Source of the DNA: an uncultured Gemmatimonadaceae bacterium
GTDB lineage: Bacteria > Gemmatimonadota > Gemmatimonadetes > Gemmatimonadales > Gemmatimonadaceae
DNA length: 64,000 bases
Assembly (NCBI GenBank): GCA_963781585.1
Contig: CAWAGQ010000011.1
Span: 1 to 64,000 of the forward strand
Direction: 5' to 3'
The first letter of the stretch is position 1. Each line of letters starts with the position of its first letter. Below the pieces are notes generated by a model. That model had not been told where the DNA came from. It was given only the letters and a program-made list of their open reading frames with translations, and ran no database searches. The position numbers and the translations under genes were made by a program. This document shows positions 22,497-32,815 of this stretch, in pieces.

Positions 22497-25085
22497 TCAA
22501 CGCATGCCCCGGACGTCGAAGATGTGCGACACATACTCCGCCCCGAGATACGCGTACACACGCGGGTCATCCGCGATCGTGAGGCTCTGAATCTGGATCA
22601 ACCCGGACCGCGCGGCGGGCAGAATCGACAGCACCGCCGTCCGTTGACCGGTTGCCAGGTCCAGCCGGTCCACGCGCAAAGGAATGTCGTTCGAACCCGT
22701 GATCCAGAGCCCTCGTCCGTCCGGGGTCCAGCGGACGACCACGTCTGTGGACTTGAGCTGGGGCACCGGTTGTGGTGGGGAACCGCTCACCGGGTAGATG
22801 CTGAATCCGTCGGCCGAGCCCGAAAGAACCGATCGGCCATCCGGCGAGATGAAGCCGCGAGTGGTGCCTTCCGGCGTGAGCGCGCGGAGCGGTCCGTCGC
22901 CCAACGCTCGGACGTAGCAGCGCGTGGCGTGTCGGTTCTCGTTGCCGCAGACGAGCAGGGAATCGCCGTCGGGGAAGAATCTCGCATCGGTATAGGACTC
23001 AAGCTCGCCGTGATCGAGCCGGCGCGGCTGGCCCGGTCCGGTGGGATAGAGCATCAACTGCTGGGGGGTCGTCGGCACGCTGGCCAGGACCCAGCGCTTA
23101 TCCGCCGACAACGCCGCGACGGCTCCCTCGCCCAGGCGCACCGCAGGCGACCCGTCCGTCTTTCGGACCATCACGGCATAGTTCGCGCCGGCGTCGGCGG
23201 CTTCGTCTCCGAATGCCAGGAACTCGCCGTCGGGTGAGAGGTTCGGGCGCTGCGAATTGTCCAGCCAGGACAGATCGCGCTCGGCGTGTGCGCCTGGGGC
23301 CTTCACCATGAGCCGGAAGAACCCGTCGTCTCGTGTGAGCAGCCAGCGACCGGCGGCCGACACGTCCTGCACCGTCACCGTGCCCGCGCTTGGCAGCACG
23401 AGGTGGGCCCGCCCGTCCAGCGTCACCGCATGAACCTGATAGAACCCGCCCTCGAGCGCGGCACCGAAAATGATGCGCCGGTCGTCGGGCGTCCACGCCA
23501 GTCCTTCCAGACCCCAGTAGCCTTCGGTGAGAATCCGGTGGGCGCCGTGCAGATCGATCACCGCTACGCCGCCGCGATCGTCATACCGCAACGGGTGCTC
23601 GAGGAAAGCGATCTGGTCTCCCGCGCGTGAGAACCGCAGATCGGAGAGATACCCGGCCGATTCGTATTTCACCGTCCCGATCGGGTATTCGAGCCGATCC
23701 TTCCCGTTGACTTCGTGGATGATTGCCAGGTCGGATCCGTCGGGCGACCAGTCCGCCTCGCGAACATCGGCAAGGATTTCGCGCGGCGCGCCGCCGCCCA
23801 TCGGCATGCGTGCCAGGGTTCCAGTGAAGAGGCGGTGCCCCAGGTAGGCGGCGTGGACCAGCACGGCCATCTCATCGTGGGAAGACACGGACAAGAGATG
23901 CGTTGCGGAGTCGCCGACGGGCCGGGGCTCGGGATAGTCCGACCGGATGATGAAGAGTCTGGGAACGCTCCCTTCGGCCGCCGCGCTGTAGACGATCGTC
24001 TCTCCGTCGTGGGAGAACCGGGCCGTGAACACTGCCTCGGTACCGAAGGTCCGCTGGGTGAACGAGACCCGATCCAGCGTATTGTCGGCGTTGGAGCCAC
24101 CAATGAGAAATCCTGTGAGAAATCCTGGCAGCCCGGCGCGTGCGCCGACTGCGGCCAGGGCGACACCCGCTACCAGTCCCCCAACGAGGGCCCACTTCCA
24201 GCGCGACGGGCGCACGACGGCGGCCCGCCCCGGCATCGCCGCGGCGCCGAACGCCGGGTTGGCCAGCGCTTCGGCGAATGCCTTCGCGCTCTCGAACCGG
24301 TCAGCGGGGACCTTCTCCAGCGCCTTCGCGACCGCCGCCGCCACGTTAGGCGGCACCGCCTTCCGCAACACCGTCACCGGTTGCACCGGCTCGGCGATGA
24401 TCTTCATGATGATCTGCTGTGCCGAACCGCCGCTGTGCGGCGGCTCCCCCGCGAGCATCTCGTAGAGCACGCTCGCCAGCGAGTAGACGTCCGACCGTGC
24501 GGTGATCTCCTTCTCGGCCGTGGCCTGCTCGGGGCTCATGTAGTGCGGCGTCCCTAACGAGAGCCCGGTTTCCGTCATCCGGCCGCCCGCCGCCGCGCTC
24601 ACCGCGAGCGCGATCCCGAAATCGGCGACCATCGGCCGGCCGTCGTGCAACAGGATATTCTCCGGCTTGATGTCCCGGTGGATCACGCCGTGGCGGTGGG
24701 CGTAGTCCAGCGCGTCGGCCACCTCGGTGGTGATACTCACCGCCTGGTCGATGCCGAGTTGCGTTTCGCGCGTGAGCTTGCTCCGCAGTGTCTCGCCTTC
24801 GATGTACGGCATCACGTAGAACAGGAAGCCGTCGGCCGTGCCGGAATCGAACAGCGGCAGGATGTGCGGGTGCTGGAGCGACGCCGTCGTCCTGATCTCG
24901 GCCACGAACCGCTCGGCGCCCAGCACGGCGGCGAGTTCGGGCTTCAGGACCTTGAGGGCGACCTTGCGGTCGTGCTTGAGATCGTGGGCGAGATAGACCG
25001 TCGCCATGCCGCCGGCACCAAGCTCCCGCTCGATGCGGTAACGGTCAGCGAGCGCACCATTGAGTCGTTCTGTCGGGGAGGTCAC
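22497..25085 (-). CDS. Ser/Thr protein kinase with TolB/WD40-like beta-propeller sensor
   Basis: LGAGGMATVY, HRDIKPEN, GTPHYMSPE; repeats FSHDG, WSPDG, LSPDG, WTPDG. Confidence 0.9.
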   Translation of the reverse strand: MTSPTERLNGALADRYRIERELGAGGMATVYLAHDLKHDRKVALKVLKPELAAVLGAERFVAEIRTTASLQHPHILPLFDSGTADGFLFYVMPYIEGETLRSKLTRETQLGIDQAVSITTEVADALDYAHRHGVIHRDIKPENILLHDGRPMVADFGIALAVSAAAGGRMTETGLSLGTPHYMSPEQATAEKEITARSDVYSLASVLYEMLAGEPPHSGGSAQQIIMKIIAEPVQPVTVLRKAVPPNVAAAVAKALEKVPADRFESAKAFAEALANPAFGAAAMPGRAAVVRPSRWKWALVGGLVAGVALAAVGARAGLPGFLTGFLIGGSNADNTLDRVSFTQRTFGTEAVFTARFSHDGETIVYSAAAEGSVPRLFIIRSDYPEPRPVGDSATHLLSVSSHDEMAVLVHAAYLGHRLFTGTLARMPMGGGAPREILADVREADWSPDGSDLAIIHEVNGKDRLEYPIGTVKYESAGYLSDLRFSRAGDQIAFLEHPLRYDDRGGVAVIDLHGAHRILTEGYWGLEGLAWTPDDRRIIFGAALEGGFYQVHAVTLDGRAHLVLPSAGTVTVQDVSAAGRWLLTRDDGFFRLMVKAPGAHAERDLSWLDNSQRPNLSPDGEFLAFGDEAADAGANYAVMVRKTDGSPAVRLGEGAVAALSADKRWVLASVPTTPQQLMLYPTGPGQPRRLDHGELESYTDARFFPDGDSLLVCGNENRHATRCYVRALGDGPLRALTPEGTTRGFISPDGRSVLSGSADGFSIYPVSGSPPQPVPQLKSTDVVVRWTPDGRGLWITGSNDIPLRVDRLDLATGQRTAVLSILPAARSGLIQIQSLTIADDPRVYAYLGAEYVSHIFDVRGMR

Positions 25086-25172
25086 GGCATCCAAGATGCT
25101 GCCTGCCGGCCTCGTCCGCGAGGCCGCCCGCGACCCGCGTGCTACCTTGCGAGAGGTGAAGGCGGCACGCAT

Positions 25173-25217
25173 GTCTCCGACGCCGACACGGCAGGCAGGT
25201 CTCCGACGCCGACACGG
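25173..25217. repeat. Perfect 19-bp direct repeat GTCTCCGACGCCGACACGG x2
   Basis: Copies at 25173-25191 and 25199-25217 in the divergent kinase/S8 intergenic region. Confidence 0.8.
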
Positions 25218-25356
25218 TCGTTGTCGCTGACTCCACGGGGATCAGCCCGTGTCTGGCTGGTTCAGATCCGCGCCGTCAATGCACGCTGGTGGGCACTCCA
25301 CGGGTTCGGTTCCCCTGCCGGCCCTCAACCCGCGAGTCACAGGCGAGGAATTCATC

Positions 25357-27585
25357 ATGGCGATACGAAAGCAGGTCACGACCAGCATCACGGCCAACGA
25401 GGTGCTCTTTCCGGATTCGAAGATCGCGATCACGTCGCGCGCGTCGCTCGATCCACAGTCCGCGCAGAGTGGCATCGTTGTCCACGGCGTGAGGGGAGGG
25501 GTCAAGCTCTCCCGTGCCGGACGAGTCGCGAGATGGTCACCGGAAAAGTCCCTCCCCCCCGGCCATCACATCCTGCTGATCGGCGGGCTCCTGACGGCGA
25601 AGCACCGCGGCGTCCCCGACGAGCTGGCCATTCCGTTCTACGTCACCGACTCGGTGGCGCAGGTGCCGCGCAGCGTGCGCGTCGAGAGCATCACGCGCCT
25701 TCGCGTGAAGGAGCTGCAGACCGAGCGTGTCCATTCCGACCGGCGGCCGCCAGGGAAGTACATCGAACTCATGAAGGGGTCGAACAGGAAGACGGGCGAT
25801 CCCGTGGAGCTGGCGTTCGACCAAGCGGGACGTCCGATCGACGCGAACCGCGTCTTCCGGCGGATGCAGCGCGCGCGCCTGCGCAAGTTCGGGAAGCTGC
25901 ATGATGCGCTGCATGCCCGACTGCAGAAGGCCGGGCCCAGAACGCGCATCCCGGTGGCCCTGTGGCTGCGATCCGAAGAGGCCCTGATGCTGAGCGCGAA
26001 GAAGGACAATCGGGAAACAAGGCGTCCGAGCCCGGAAGTGCGTGCACGAGGCAAGGCGATCGCCGGCTTGGCGCGCGCGTTCGCGTCCCGACACGAGGAG
26101 CTCTATCCGGCGCGCCGGTTTCAGCCCGATCCACACGCGCCTGCGGTGTACGCCGAGCTCACGCCATCGGAGATCGAGGCGATCGTGAAGCGGCGCGAGG
26201 TGGTGGGGGCATTCCTGCACGAGCGAGAGGGCATCGAGGACCTCGTCAACTCCATCGGCATCGCGAATTCCGACGATGCGCATGCACTGGGTTTCGACGG
26301 GACGGGGGTGAAGGTTGCCGTCTGGGAAGATAGCCCCGACGACACCTCCAACCTCTCGATCGCGGCGAGGTACAAGGGCTCGGGATTCGCCACGTCGCAG
26401 CACGCGCGGCATACCCACGGCATCGTGAAGAACATCGAGAGCAGGAAGCCGCACGGCCACGCCCCGGCGTGCGCCCTGCATTCGGCCAACAGCAAGGATC
26501 TCGACGCGCTGCGTTGGGCCGCGCGGGACAAGGGGTGCACGGTCATCAGCCAGAGCTTTCACCGATCGAGCGAGCCGGGCTCGGCCACCATGTCCTTCGA
26601 CGACATCTATAAGGACTGGCTCGCGCTGCAGTGGCCCTATCCAACGATCTGCCAGGCGGCGGGGAACTACTGGCAGGGCGACGCCGACAACATTCAGCCG
26701 CCGAGCAGCGAGTACGTGAACCACAAGGGGTACAATGGACTCACGGTCGGCAACCACGACGATACCGCTGCGGCGATGTCGGGCGACTCGGTGTTCAGGA
26801 ATCCCTCGAGCACGCACGGCGATCGCGAACTGCCGGAAATCGCCGCGAACGGGACTTCGGTCACGACCGTCGGGTTGACGATGAGCGGAACGAGCATGGC
26901 CTCACCTGCGGCTGCCGGATGCGCCGCGGTGATTCAGGATGTCGCGTCGACGCTGAAGTCGTGGCCTGAAGGATGTCGCGCGATCCTGCTCGCCGGGGCG
27001 AAGCGCAACATTGCGGGAAGCACGTGGTGGCAGGATGTGACCGCCGGCGTCGATGCATCCGACGGAACGGGGGCGGTGGACGCGCTGGAAGGGGTCGAGA
27101 TCGCCAGGCAGCGCCGGTGGCGTAACGCCGCCGGCACCGCCCGAGGATGGGACGTCGGAACGCTTCGCTCGGCGAACATCGGCAGCAACAAACGAACGAC
27201 ATTCTCATACTTCGTGACGCTGGGGCGCAGCATCTTCGCCCCGCGTCACGTGAAGGTGGCGCTCGCGTGGGACAGCCGGGTTACGACGTGGTCGTTCCTC
27301 GGGATCGATCTGCCCCTGTCCTCGAGGCTGACGGTCGATCTCGACCTGCAGATCTTCGACAGTCGCGGGGTGCAGGTGGGATACAGCGGCTCCTGGGACA
27401 ACAGTTACGAGATCGCGGAGTTCACCGGCACGCCGGGGGAGACCTACACGATCAAGATCCGGCGCTGGTCGGGGAGCGACGACGTCTGGTATGGCGTAGC
27501 GTGGACGGTGACGGGCGGGCTGTTCTGGGTGGACGTCACGCGGGCAACCGCCGTCGAGCGGCTGCTGGCGAGTCGGCTGCGCTAG
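25357..27585 (+). CDS. S8 (subtilisin-like) serine peptidase
   Basis: GTGVKVAVWED, HARHTHG, QAAGN, PEIAANG, SGTSMASP; C-terminal P/PPC-like DLDL..DNSYE domain. Confidence 0.8.
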   Translation: MAIRKQVTTSITANEVLFPDSKIAITSRASLDPQSAQSGIVVHGVRGGVKLSRAGRVARWSPEKSLPPGHHILLIGGLLTAKHRGVPDELAIPFYVTDSVAQVPRSVRVESITRLRVKELQTERVHSDRRPPGKYIELMKGSNRKTGDPVELAFDQAGRPIDANRVFRRMQRARLRKFGKLHDALHARLQKAGPRTRIPVALWLRSEEALMLSAKKDNRETRRPSPEVRARGKAIAGLARAFASRHEELYPARRFQPDPHAPAVYAELTPSEIEAIVKRREVVGAFLHEREGIEDLVNSIGIANSDDAHALGFDGTGVKVAVWEDSPDDTSNLSIAARYKGSGFATSQHARHTHGIVKNIESRKPHGHAPACALHSANSKDLDALRWAARDKGCTVISQSFHRSSEPGSATMSFDDIYKDWLALQWPYPTICQAAGNYWQGDADNIQPPSSEYVNHKGYNGLTVGNHDDTAAAMSGDSVFRNPSSTHGDRELPEIAANGTSVTTVGLTMSGTSMASPAAAGCAAVIQDVASTLKSWPEGCRAILLAGAKRNIAGSTWWQDVTAGVDASDGTGAVDALEGVEIARQRRWRNAAGTARGWDVGTLRSANIGSNKRTTFSYFVTLGRSIFAPRHVKVALAWDSRVTTWSFLGIDLPLSSRLTVDLDLQIFDSRGVQVGYSGSWDNSYEIAEFTGTPGETYTIKIRRWSGSDDVWYGVAWTVTGGLFWVDVTRATAVERLLASRLR

Positions 27586-27616
27586 GAACTGCCAGGCGAT
27601 CCCTGTCCTGCACACC

Positions 27617-28720
27617 GTGAACTCCCGCGACCCGCTCCGTCCTGTGCGCCTGGTCGTGCTCGTCTGCGCAGCTGCCGTGGCCTGGCACGCCACGGCAGCT
27701 GCGCAACCAGCGCACTCGGGGAATCCGATCCTCCCGGGCTGGTACGCCGACCCCGAAGCCCACGTGTTCGACGGGCAGTACTGGATCTACCCCACCTACT
27801 CCGCACCGTACGAACAGCAGACGTTCATGGACGCGTTCTCGTCAAGGGATCTCATCATGTGGGCGAAGCACGCACACGTGCTCGACGTGAAGAACGTGTC
27901 GTGGGCCCGCCGCGCGATCTGGGCGCCGTCGATCGTGCAGAAAGACGGCTGGTACTATCTGTTCTTCGGCGCGAACGACATCCAGAACGATCAGCAGGCG
28001 GGCGGGATCGGCGTTGCGCGCGCGCGCGGGCCCGAGGGGCCTTTCATCGATTATCTCGGCAAACCACTGATCGACAAGTTCCACAACGGCGCCCAGCCGA
28101 TCGATCAGATGGTCTTCGAGGATCGTGACGGCACGTACTATATGGTCTATGGCGGGTGGCGTCACTGCAACATTGCGAAACTGAACCACGACTTCACAGG
28201 GTTCGTTCCGTTCCCGGACGGCACCACCTTCAGGGAGATCACGCCGACCGGATACGTGGAAGGCGCGTTCATGTTGCTCCGCGGCGACAAGTACTACTTC
28301 ATGTGGTCGGAGGGAGGCTGGACGGGTCCGAACTACGCGGTGGCGTACGCGATCGGGTCGTCACCCTCGGGACCGTTCGAGCGGATCGGCCGGATCCTCC
28401 AGCAGGATTCCACCGTGGCCACCGGAGCGGGGCATCACTCGGTGCTGCACTCACCGGCATCGGACAAGTGGTACATCGTCTACCATCGCCGGCCGCTCGG
28501 AGAAACCGATCGCAATCACCGCGCCGTGAGCATCGACGAGCTGCACTTCGACGATCGCGGGTTCATCCTGCCCGTGAAGATCACCAACGCGGGCGTGGCG
28601 GCGGATCCGCTCTCCAGGGGTGGGCCCCCCGGGTCGTCGCCAGCGCGCACGACCGCAATCCCGGATTCCGCTTCCAGTCCCTTCATGGGAAGGGCGGGTC
28701 CGGGTGGGCGGCGGCGGTGA
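27617..28720 (+). CDS. Glycoside hydrolase family 43 protein
   Basis: Signal peptide; NPILPGWYADP, IWAP, QPID, YVEG, GAGHHS. Confidence 0.9.
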   Translation: MNSRDPLRPVRLVVLVCAAAVAWHATAAAQPAHSGNPILPGWYADPEAHVFDGQYWIYPTYSAPYEQQTFMDAFSSRDLIMWAKHAHVLDVKNVSWARRAIWAPSIVQKDGWYYLFFGANDIQNDQQAGGIGVARARGPEGPFIDYLGKPLIDKFHNGAQPIDQMVFEDRDGTYYMVYGGWRHCNIAKLNHDFTGFVPFPDGTTFREITPTGYVEGAFMLLRGDKYYFMWSEGGWTGPNYAVAYAIGSSPSGPFERIGRILQQDSTVATGAGHHSVLHSPASDKWYIVYHRRPLGETDRNHRAVSIDELHFDDRGFILPVKITNAGVAADPLSRGGPPGSSPARTTAIPDSASSPFMGRAGPGGRRR

Positions 28721-28779
28721 CGGATTGCATGTGGCCGGCGACGCGCGTTCTTTAGAGCCTCACCCCAATCGGCCGGACC

Positions 28780-30312
28780 ATGGACTCGACGATTCTCGAC
28801 GCGGCGCGCGCCGCGTTTCCCCCCTCGGATGAGACCATCACGTTAGGCGCGGTCGTCCACGAGGGCGAATGCCACCCGGAACCGCTGGTACGGATCCCGC
28901 TGGCGATGATGAATCGCCACGGCGTGATTGCCGGGGCCACCGGGACCGGCAAGACCAAGTCGCTGCAACTGATCGCCGAGCAGCTCTCGGCGGCCGGCGT
29001 GCCGGTCTTTCTTGCGGACCTCAAGGGCGACCTGTCGGGAATCGGCGTGCCCGGCGACGCCAATGACAAGATCGCCGCCCGGGCCAGGGACACCGGCCAT
29101 GACTGGCGCCCCAATGCCTTTCCCGTGGAATTCCTCAGTCTCACCGGAGCCAAAGGCGCGCAACTGCGGGCGACCGTGTCATCGTTCGGGCCCCTCCTTC
29201 TGGCCAGAGTGCTCGATCTCAACGAGACGCAGGCCAGTGTGCTGAGTCTGGTCGTCAAGTACTGCGACGATCAGGGGCTCCTGCTGCTCGATCTGAGCGA
29301 CCTGCGCGCCGTGCTGCAGTACCTGTCGGGCGATGGCGCCGCCGAGCTCAAGGACTATGGCGGGATGTCCAGGGCGACCGTTGGCGTGCTGCTCCGCGAG
29401 ATGGTGGAGCTCGAACAACAGGGCGCCGGCGGGTTCTTCGGCGAGCCCGCATTCGACCTGAACGATCTGGTGCAGAGCGAGCGCGATGGGCGCGGGGTGG
29501 TGAGCGTGCTCGAGCTCACCGATGTCCAGGATCGCCCCGTGCTGTTCAGCACCTTCATGCTGTGGATGCTGGCGTCGCTGTACAACGAGCTCCCCGAGGT
29601 GGGCGATCTCCCCAAACCCAGGCTGGTCTTCTTCTTCGACGAGGCGCACCTGCTGTTCGAGCACGCCGGCAAGGCGCTGCTCGACGAGATCGAGCATGTG
29701 GTCCGGCTCATCCGGTCGAAGGGTGTCGGCGTCTTCTTCGTCACGCAGAGCCCCAGGGACATCCCCGAGACGGTGCTCGGTCAGCTCGGGAATCGCGTGC
29801 AGCACGCACTCCGCGCCTTCACTCCCGACGACGAGAAGAACCTGAACGCGGCGGCGCGTACCTTTCCTCGCACCGGGTTCTACGACATTCCGGCGACGCT
29901 GACGTCGTTAGGCATCGGCGAAGCGCTGGTGGTCACGCTCACCGAACGCGGTACCCCGACGCCGCCCTTCGCCACCCGCATGATACCGCCGCAGTCGCGG
30001 ATGGGCCCCCTCACCGACGCCGAGCTCGCGCAGCGACTGCAGACGCCGCAGGTGCACAAGTACGGGCAGGCGGTGGATCGCGAGAGTGCGCGGGAGATGC
30101 TGGCCGCTCGGCATGCCGCGGTCGCCGACGCCCTGCCGCCCGGGTCGGCCCCACGGACGGCGCGGAGCCAGTCATCGGCCGGTGCGCTCGATCAGATCCT
30201 GGGTTCCTCCATTACCCGGAGCGTCGTGCGCACCGCAGCGGTGGCGGTAACGGGTACGCTCGTTCGCGGAGTCCTTGGCGCGTTGCTGGGTGGGAGCCGG
30301 CGGCGGCGATAG
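28780..30312 (+). CDS. HerA-like P-loop ATPase (DUF853/YjgR family)
   Basis: NRHGVIAGATGTGKT, DLKGDLSG, FFFDEAH, IRSKGVGVFFVTQ, GNRVQHALRAFTP. Confidence 0.9.
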   Translation: MDSTILDAARAAFPPSDETITLGAVVHEGECHPEPLVRIPLAMMNRHGVIAGATGTGKTKSLQLIAEQLSAAGVPVFLADLKGDLSGIGVPGDANDKIAARARDTGHDWRPNAFPVEFLSLTGAKGAQLRATVSSFGPLLLARVLDLNETQASVLSLVVKYCDDQGLLLLDLSDLRAVLQYLSGDGAAELKDYGGMSRATVGVLLREMVELEQQGAGGFFGEPAFDLNDLVQSERDGRGVVSVLELTDVQDRPVLFSTFMLWMLASLYNELPEVGDLPKPRLVFFFDEAHLLFEHAGKALLDEIEHVVRLIRSKGVGVFFVTQSPRDIPETVLGQLGNRVQHALRAFTPDDEKNLNAAARTFPRTGFYDIPATLTSLGIGEALVVTLTERGTPTPPFATRMIPPQSRMGPLTDAELAQRLQTPQVHKYGQAVDRESAREMLAARHAAVADALPPGSAPRTARSQSSAGALDQILGSSITRSVVRTAAVAVTGTLVRGVLGALLGGSRRRR

Positions 30313-30329
30313 GACATCAGACCACTCGT

Positions 30330-30720
30330 ATGCCTCACCGCGAATGACACCGCACCGAACACGTTGGCGGGCACGCTCTCTATGGCTGGCGAGTATCTCT
30401 CGATGAGCTCACAGGCCGATAGCGAACAACCCGATCGCGCGCGCGAAAAACGCGAACTGGCGACCTCGCCGGACACAGAACGCACGGAGCTGGCTGGGAT
30501 CTATGTCGACCGCGGACTGACGCCGGAGCTGGCCAATCAGGTCGCGGACCAGCTGATGGCGTACGATGCGCTGGGCGCCCACCTGCGCGATGAACTGGGC
30601 ATGCAGGAGGCGACGCGCGCCCGGCCCGTCCAGGCAGCGCTCGCGTCGGCGTCGGCGTTTGCCCTGGGCGCCGGAGCGCCGCACTCTGGGGCGCGGTGGC
30701 GATGGCCTGTACGGCTGTGA
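30330..30720 (+). pseudogene. Degraded VIT1/CCC1 Fe/Mn transporter
   Basis: MPHRE*HRTEHVG, then AGTLSMAGEYLSMSSQAD..RELA..IYVDRGL..HLRDELG..PVQAALASA; in-frame stop, missing the LGANDG segment and C-terminal helices. Confidence 0.75.
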
Positions 30721-30759
30721 TCGGACGGCTGTTTGGTGCGGCCGTCTAGGGTGCTCCGG

Positions 30760-31710
30760 ATGGACCCAACGCTCGAGTGGCTCCTCGACGGGGACCCTGC
30801 CATTCGCTGGCAGACGCTGCGCGATCTGGTCGGAGCGCCTCGCGCTACCGTCGATCGCGAGCGCAGAAGGGTCGCTCGCGATGGCTGGGGAGCACGGCTG
30901 CTCGCCAGGCAGGATCCCGGAGGCACGTGGGCGGGCGGGCAATCAGCCGATGGCGGGCTGTATTCTCCCAAGTGGACGTCGACGACCTATACGATGCTCC
31001 TGCTCCGGGACTTCGGTCTGTCCACCAGCCTCCGGACGCGGAGGGCCTGCAAGGCGCTTCTCGAGCATGGGCTTCAGCGCGACGGCGGGATCAACTATGG
31101 CGTCCGGGCGAAGTGGACCGGCCGTGGCGAGACATGCATCACCGGAATGGTCCTCTCCATCCTCTCGCACTTCGAGCACGACGACCCCCGCCTCGAGACC
31201 GTCGCCGATCATCTGCTGGAGCAGCAGATGCCTGACGGGGGGTGGAATTGTCGGCGCCATCAGGGTGCCACACACTCTTCGGTCAACACGACCATCAGCG
31301 TGCTCGAAGGCCTGCGACTGTACGAGGTTCATCGTGGACGCCGCGTGCGCGCCGTGCGGGCCGCGCAGCGGCGAGGTCGCGAGTTCCTCCTGGTGCATCG
31401 GCTCTTTCGATCTCATCGAACGGGCACAATCATCAAGACCGAATTCACCCGTCTCGTGTACCCGCCTCGCTGGCACTATGACATCCTGCGTGCGCTGGAT
31501 CACTTCCAGGCGGTGGGCGCGCCGCGTGACCAGCGGCTCAGCGAGGCGGTCGGGATCGTGCGGAACGCGCAACGCGCGGACGGTCGCTGGCTGCTGGAAT
31601 ACGCATACAAGGGGAAGACGTATTTCACGCTCGAACGCCCGAGGGCGCCCAGCCGGTGGAACACGCTGCGCGCGCTGCGCGTGCTGAGATGGTGGGGGAG
31701 AAGGCCATAG
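30760..31710 (+). CDS. Conserved protein with prenyltransferase/squalene-cyclase-like repeats
   Basis: WLLDGDPAIRWQ, QDPGGTW, QRDGG, QMPDGGWNC, RWHYDILRAL, SRWNTLRAL. Confidence 0.7.
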   Translation: MDPTLEWLLDGDPAIRWQTLRDLVGAPRATVDRERRRVARDGWGARLLARQDPGGTWAGGQSADGGLYSPKWTSTTYTMLLLRDFGLSTSLRTRRACKALLEHGLQRDGGINYGVRAKWTGRGETCITGMVLSILSHFEHDDPRLETVADHLLEQQMPDGGWNCRRHQGATHSSVNTTISVLEGLRLYEVHRGRRVRAVRAAQRRGREFLLVHRLFRSHRTGTIIKTEFTRLVYPPRWHYDILRALDHFQAVGAPRDQRLSEAVGIVRNAQRADGRWLLEYAYKGKTYFTLERPRAPSRWNTLRALRVLRWWGRRP

Positions 31711-31750
31711 GTCAAAGGCCATGGGTCAAGGGCCACGGATCGAAGGCCAG
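31702..31750. repeat. Degenerate heptamer tandem repeat (RGGYCAN)7
   Basis: AGGCCAT AGGTCAA AGGCCAT GGGTCAA GGGCCAC GGATCGA AGGCCAG. Confidence 0.7.
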
Positions 31751-31782
31751 CTCTCTGAATCCCTGGGTCGGAGTTATCGCAC

Positions 31783-32688
31783 ATGATGCCGCATCGTAGG
31801 TTTCACCGCGCGGGCGTTGTCGCGCTCCTGGCCGCGGCACTCGTGGCAGCGGCACAGGCGCAGGCCCCAGAGAGCCACACCCGAGTCGTCATGCTCGGCA
31901 CCGGTAATCCGGCTCCTGATCCGGAACGATTCGGCCCGGCCACTGCGATACCCGTCGATAGCACGGCGTATCTCGTCGACGCCGGAGTCGGCGTGATGCG
32001 CCGGTGGAACGCCGCGAGGGCGCGGCAGCTCGTCGACGGCGCTTCGTGGAAACGCGTCGTTTTCGTCACGCACCTCCACTCCGACCACACACTCGGGTTG
32101 CCGGAGTTGATCTTCACGCTGTGGATGCAGCGACCGCGTGAGGAGATCAACCTGTATGGCCCAAGCGGCCTGCGGGCGATGACCACGCAAATCCTCGAGG
32201 CCTGGACCCAGGACGTCCGGATCCGGACCACCGCCCCCGGCGACATGGCGGGGCAACCGGCCCCGCACGTGACCGTGCATGAGATCGCACCGGGGGAGGT
32301 GTATCGCGACTCGCTGGTGACGGTCACCGCTTTCCTGGTGCACCATGGCTCATGGCGCCAGGCGTTCGGCTACCGCTTCAACACACCCGACAAGGTGGTG
32401 GTCCTCTCAGGAGATGCCGGGCCGCCGTCCGCCATCCCGGGCCAGTGTCGGAAGTGTGACATCCTGATCCACGAAGGCGGTCTGCCTGCGGCAGCCGCCA
32501 CGCCGTACTACATGGACTTCCACACGACCGCCGAAGAACTGGGTTCGATCGCCAACCAATCACGCCCGGTGTTGCTCGTGCTCACGCACCAGCGCGCGGG
32601 CATCAACGAACGCGGCCTCGCGATCATCCGTTCGCAGTACGACGGGAAGGTGGTGATCGCCAGCGATCTCGATGTCTACCCGCAATAG
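31783..32688 (+). CDS. Exported MBL-fold metallo-hydrolase (RNase Z/AtsA-like)
   Basis: Signal peptide, MLGTGNP, LVDAG, THLHSDH, SGD, LIHE, HTT, LTH. Confidence 0.85.
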   Translation: MMPHRRFHRAGVVALLAAALVAAAQAQAPESHTRVVMLGTGNPAPDPERFGPATAIPVDSTAYLVDAGVGVMRRWNAARARQLVDGASWKRVVFVTHLHSDHTLGLPELIFTLWMQRPREEINLYGPSGLRAMTTQILEAWTQDVRIRTTAPGDMAGQPAPHVTVHEIAPGEVYRDSLVTVTAFLVHHGSWRQAFGYRFNTPDKVVVLSGDAGPPSAIPGQCRKCDILIHEGGLPAAAATPYYMDFHTTAEELGSIANQSRPVLLVLTHQRAGINERGLAIIRSQYDGKVVIASDLDVYPQ

Positions 32689-32815
32689 TCATCCGAGTTG
32701 GTACGCGTGTGGCCGTGCCCGCCTGACTGCCAGCGGATCTTCTCATTGATGCGGCGTGCCGAAAGCTCGAGTGTGTGCCTGACTGCCGGTGCCGAGTATC
32801 TCAGTGTATTCCCCG

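Noticed and set aside
28780..30312. HerA-like ATPase as part of a defence system
   Set aside because: Motifs match the widespread stand-alone DUF853/YjgR family; no NurA, SIR2 or nuclease partner is adjacent.
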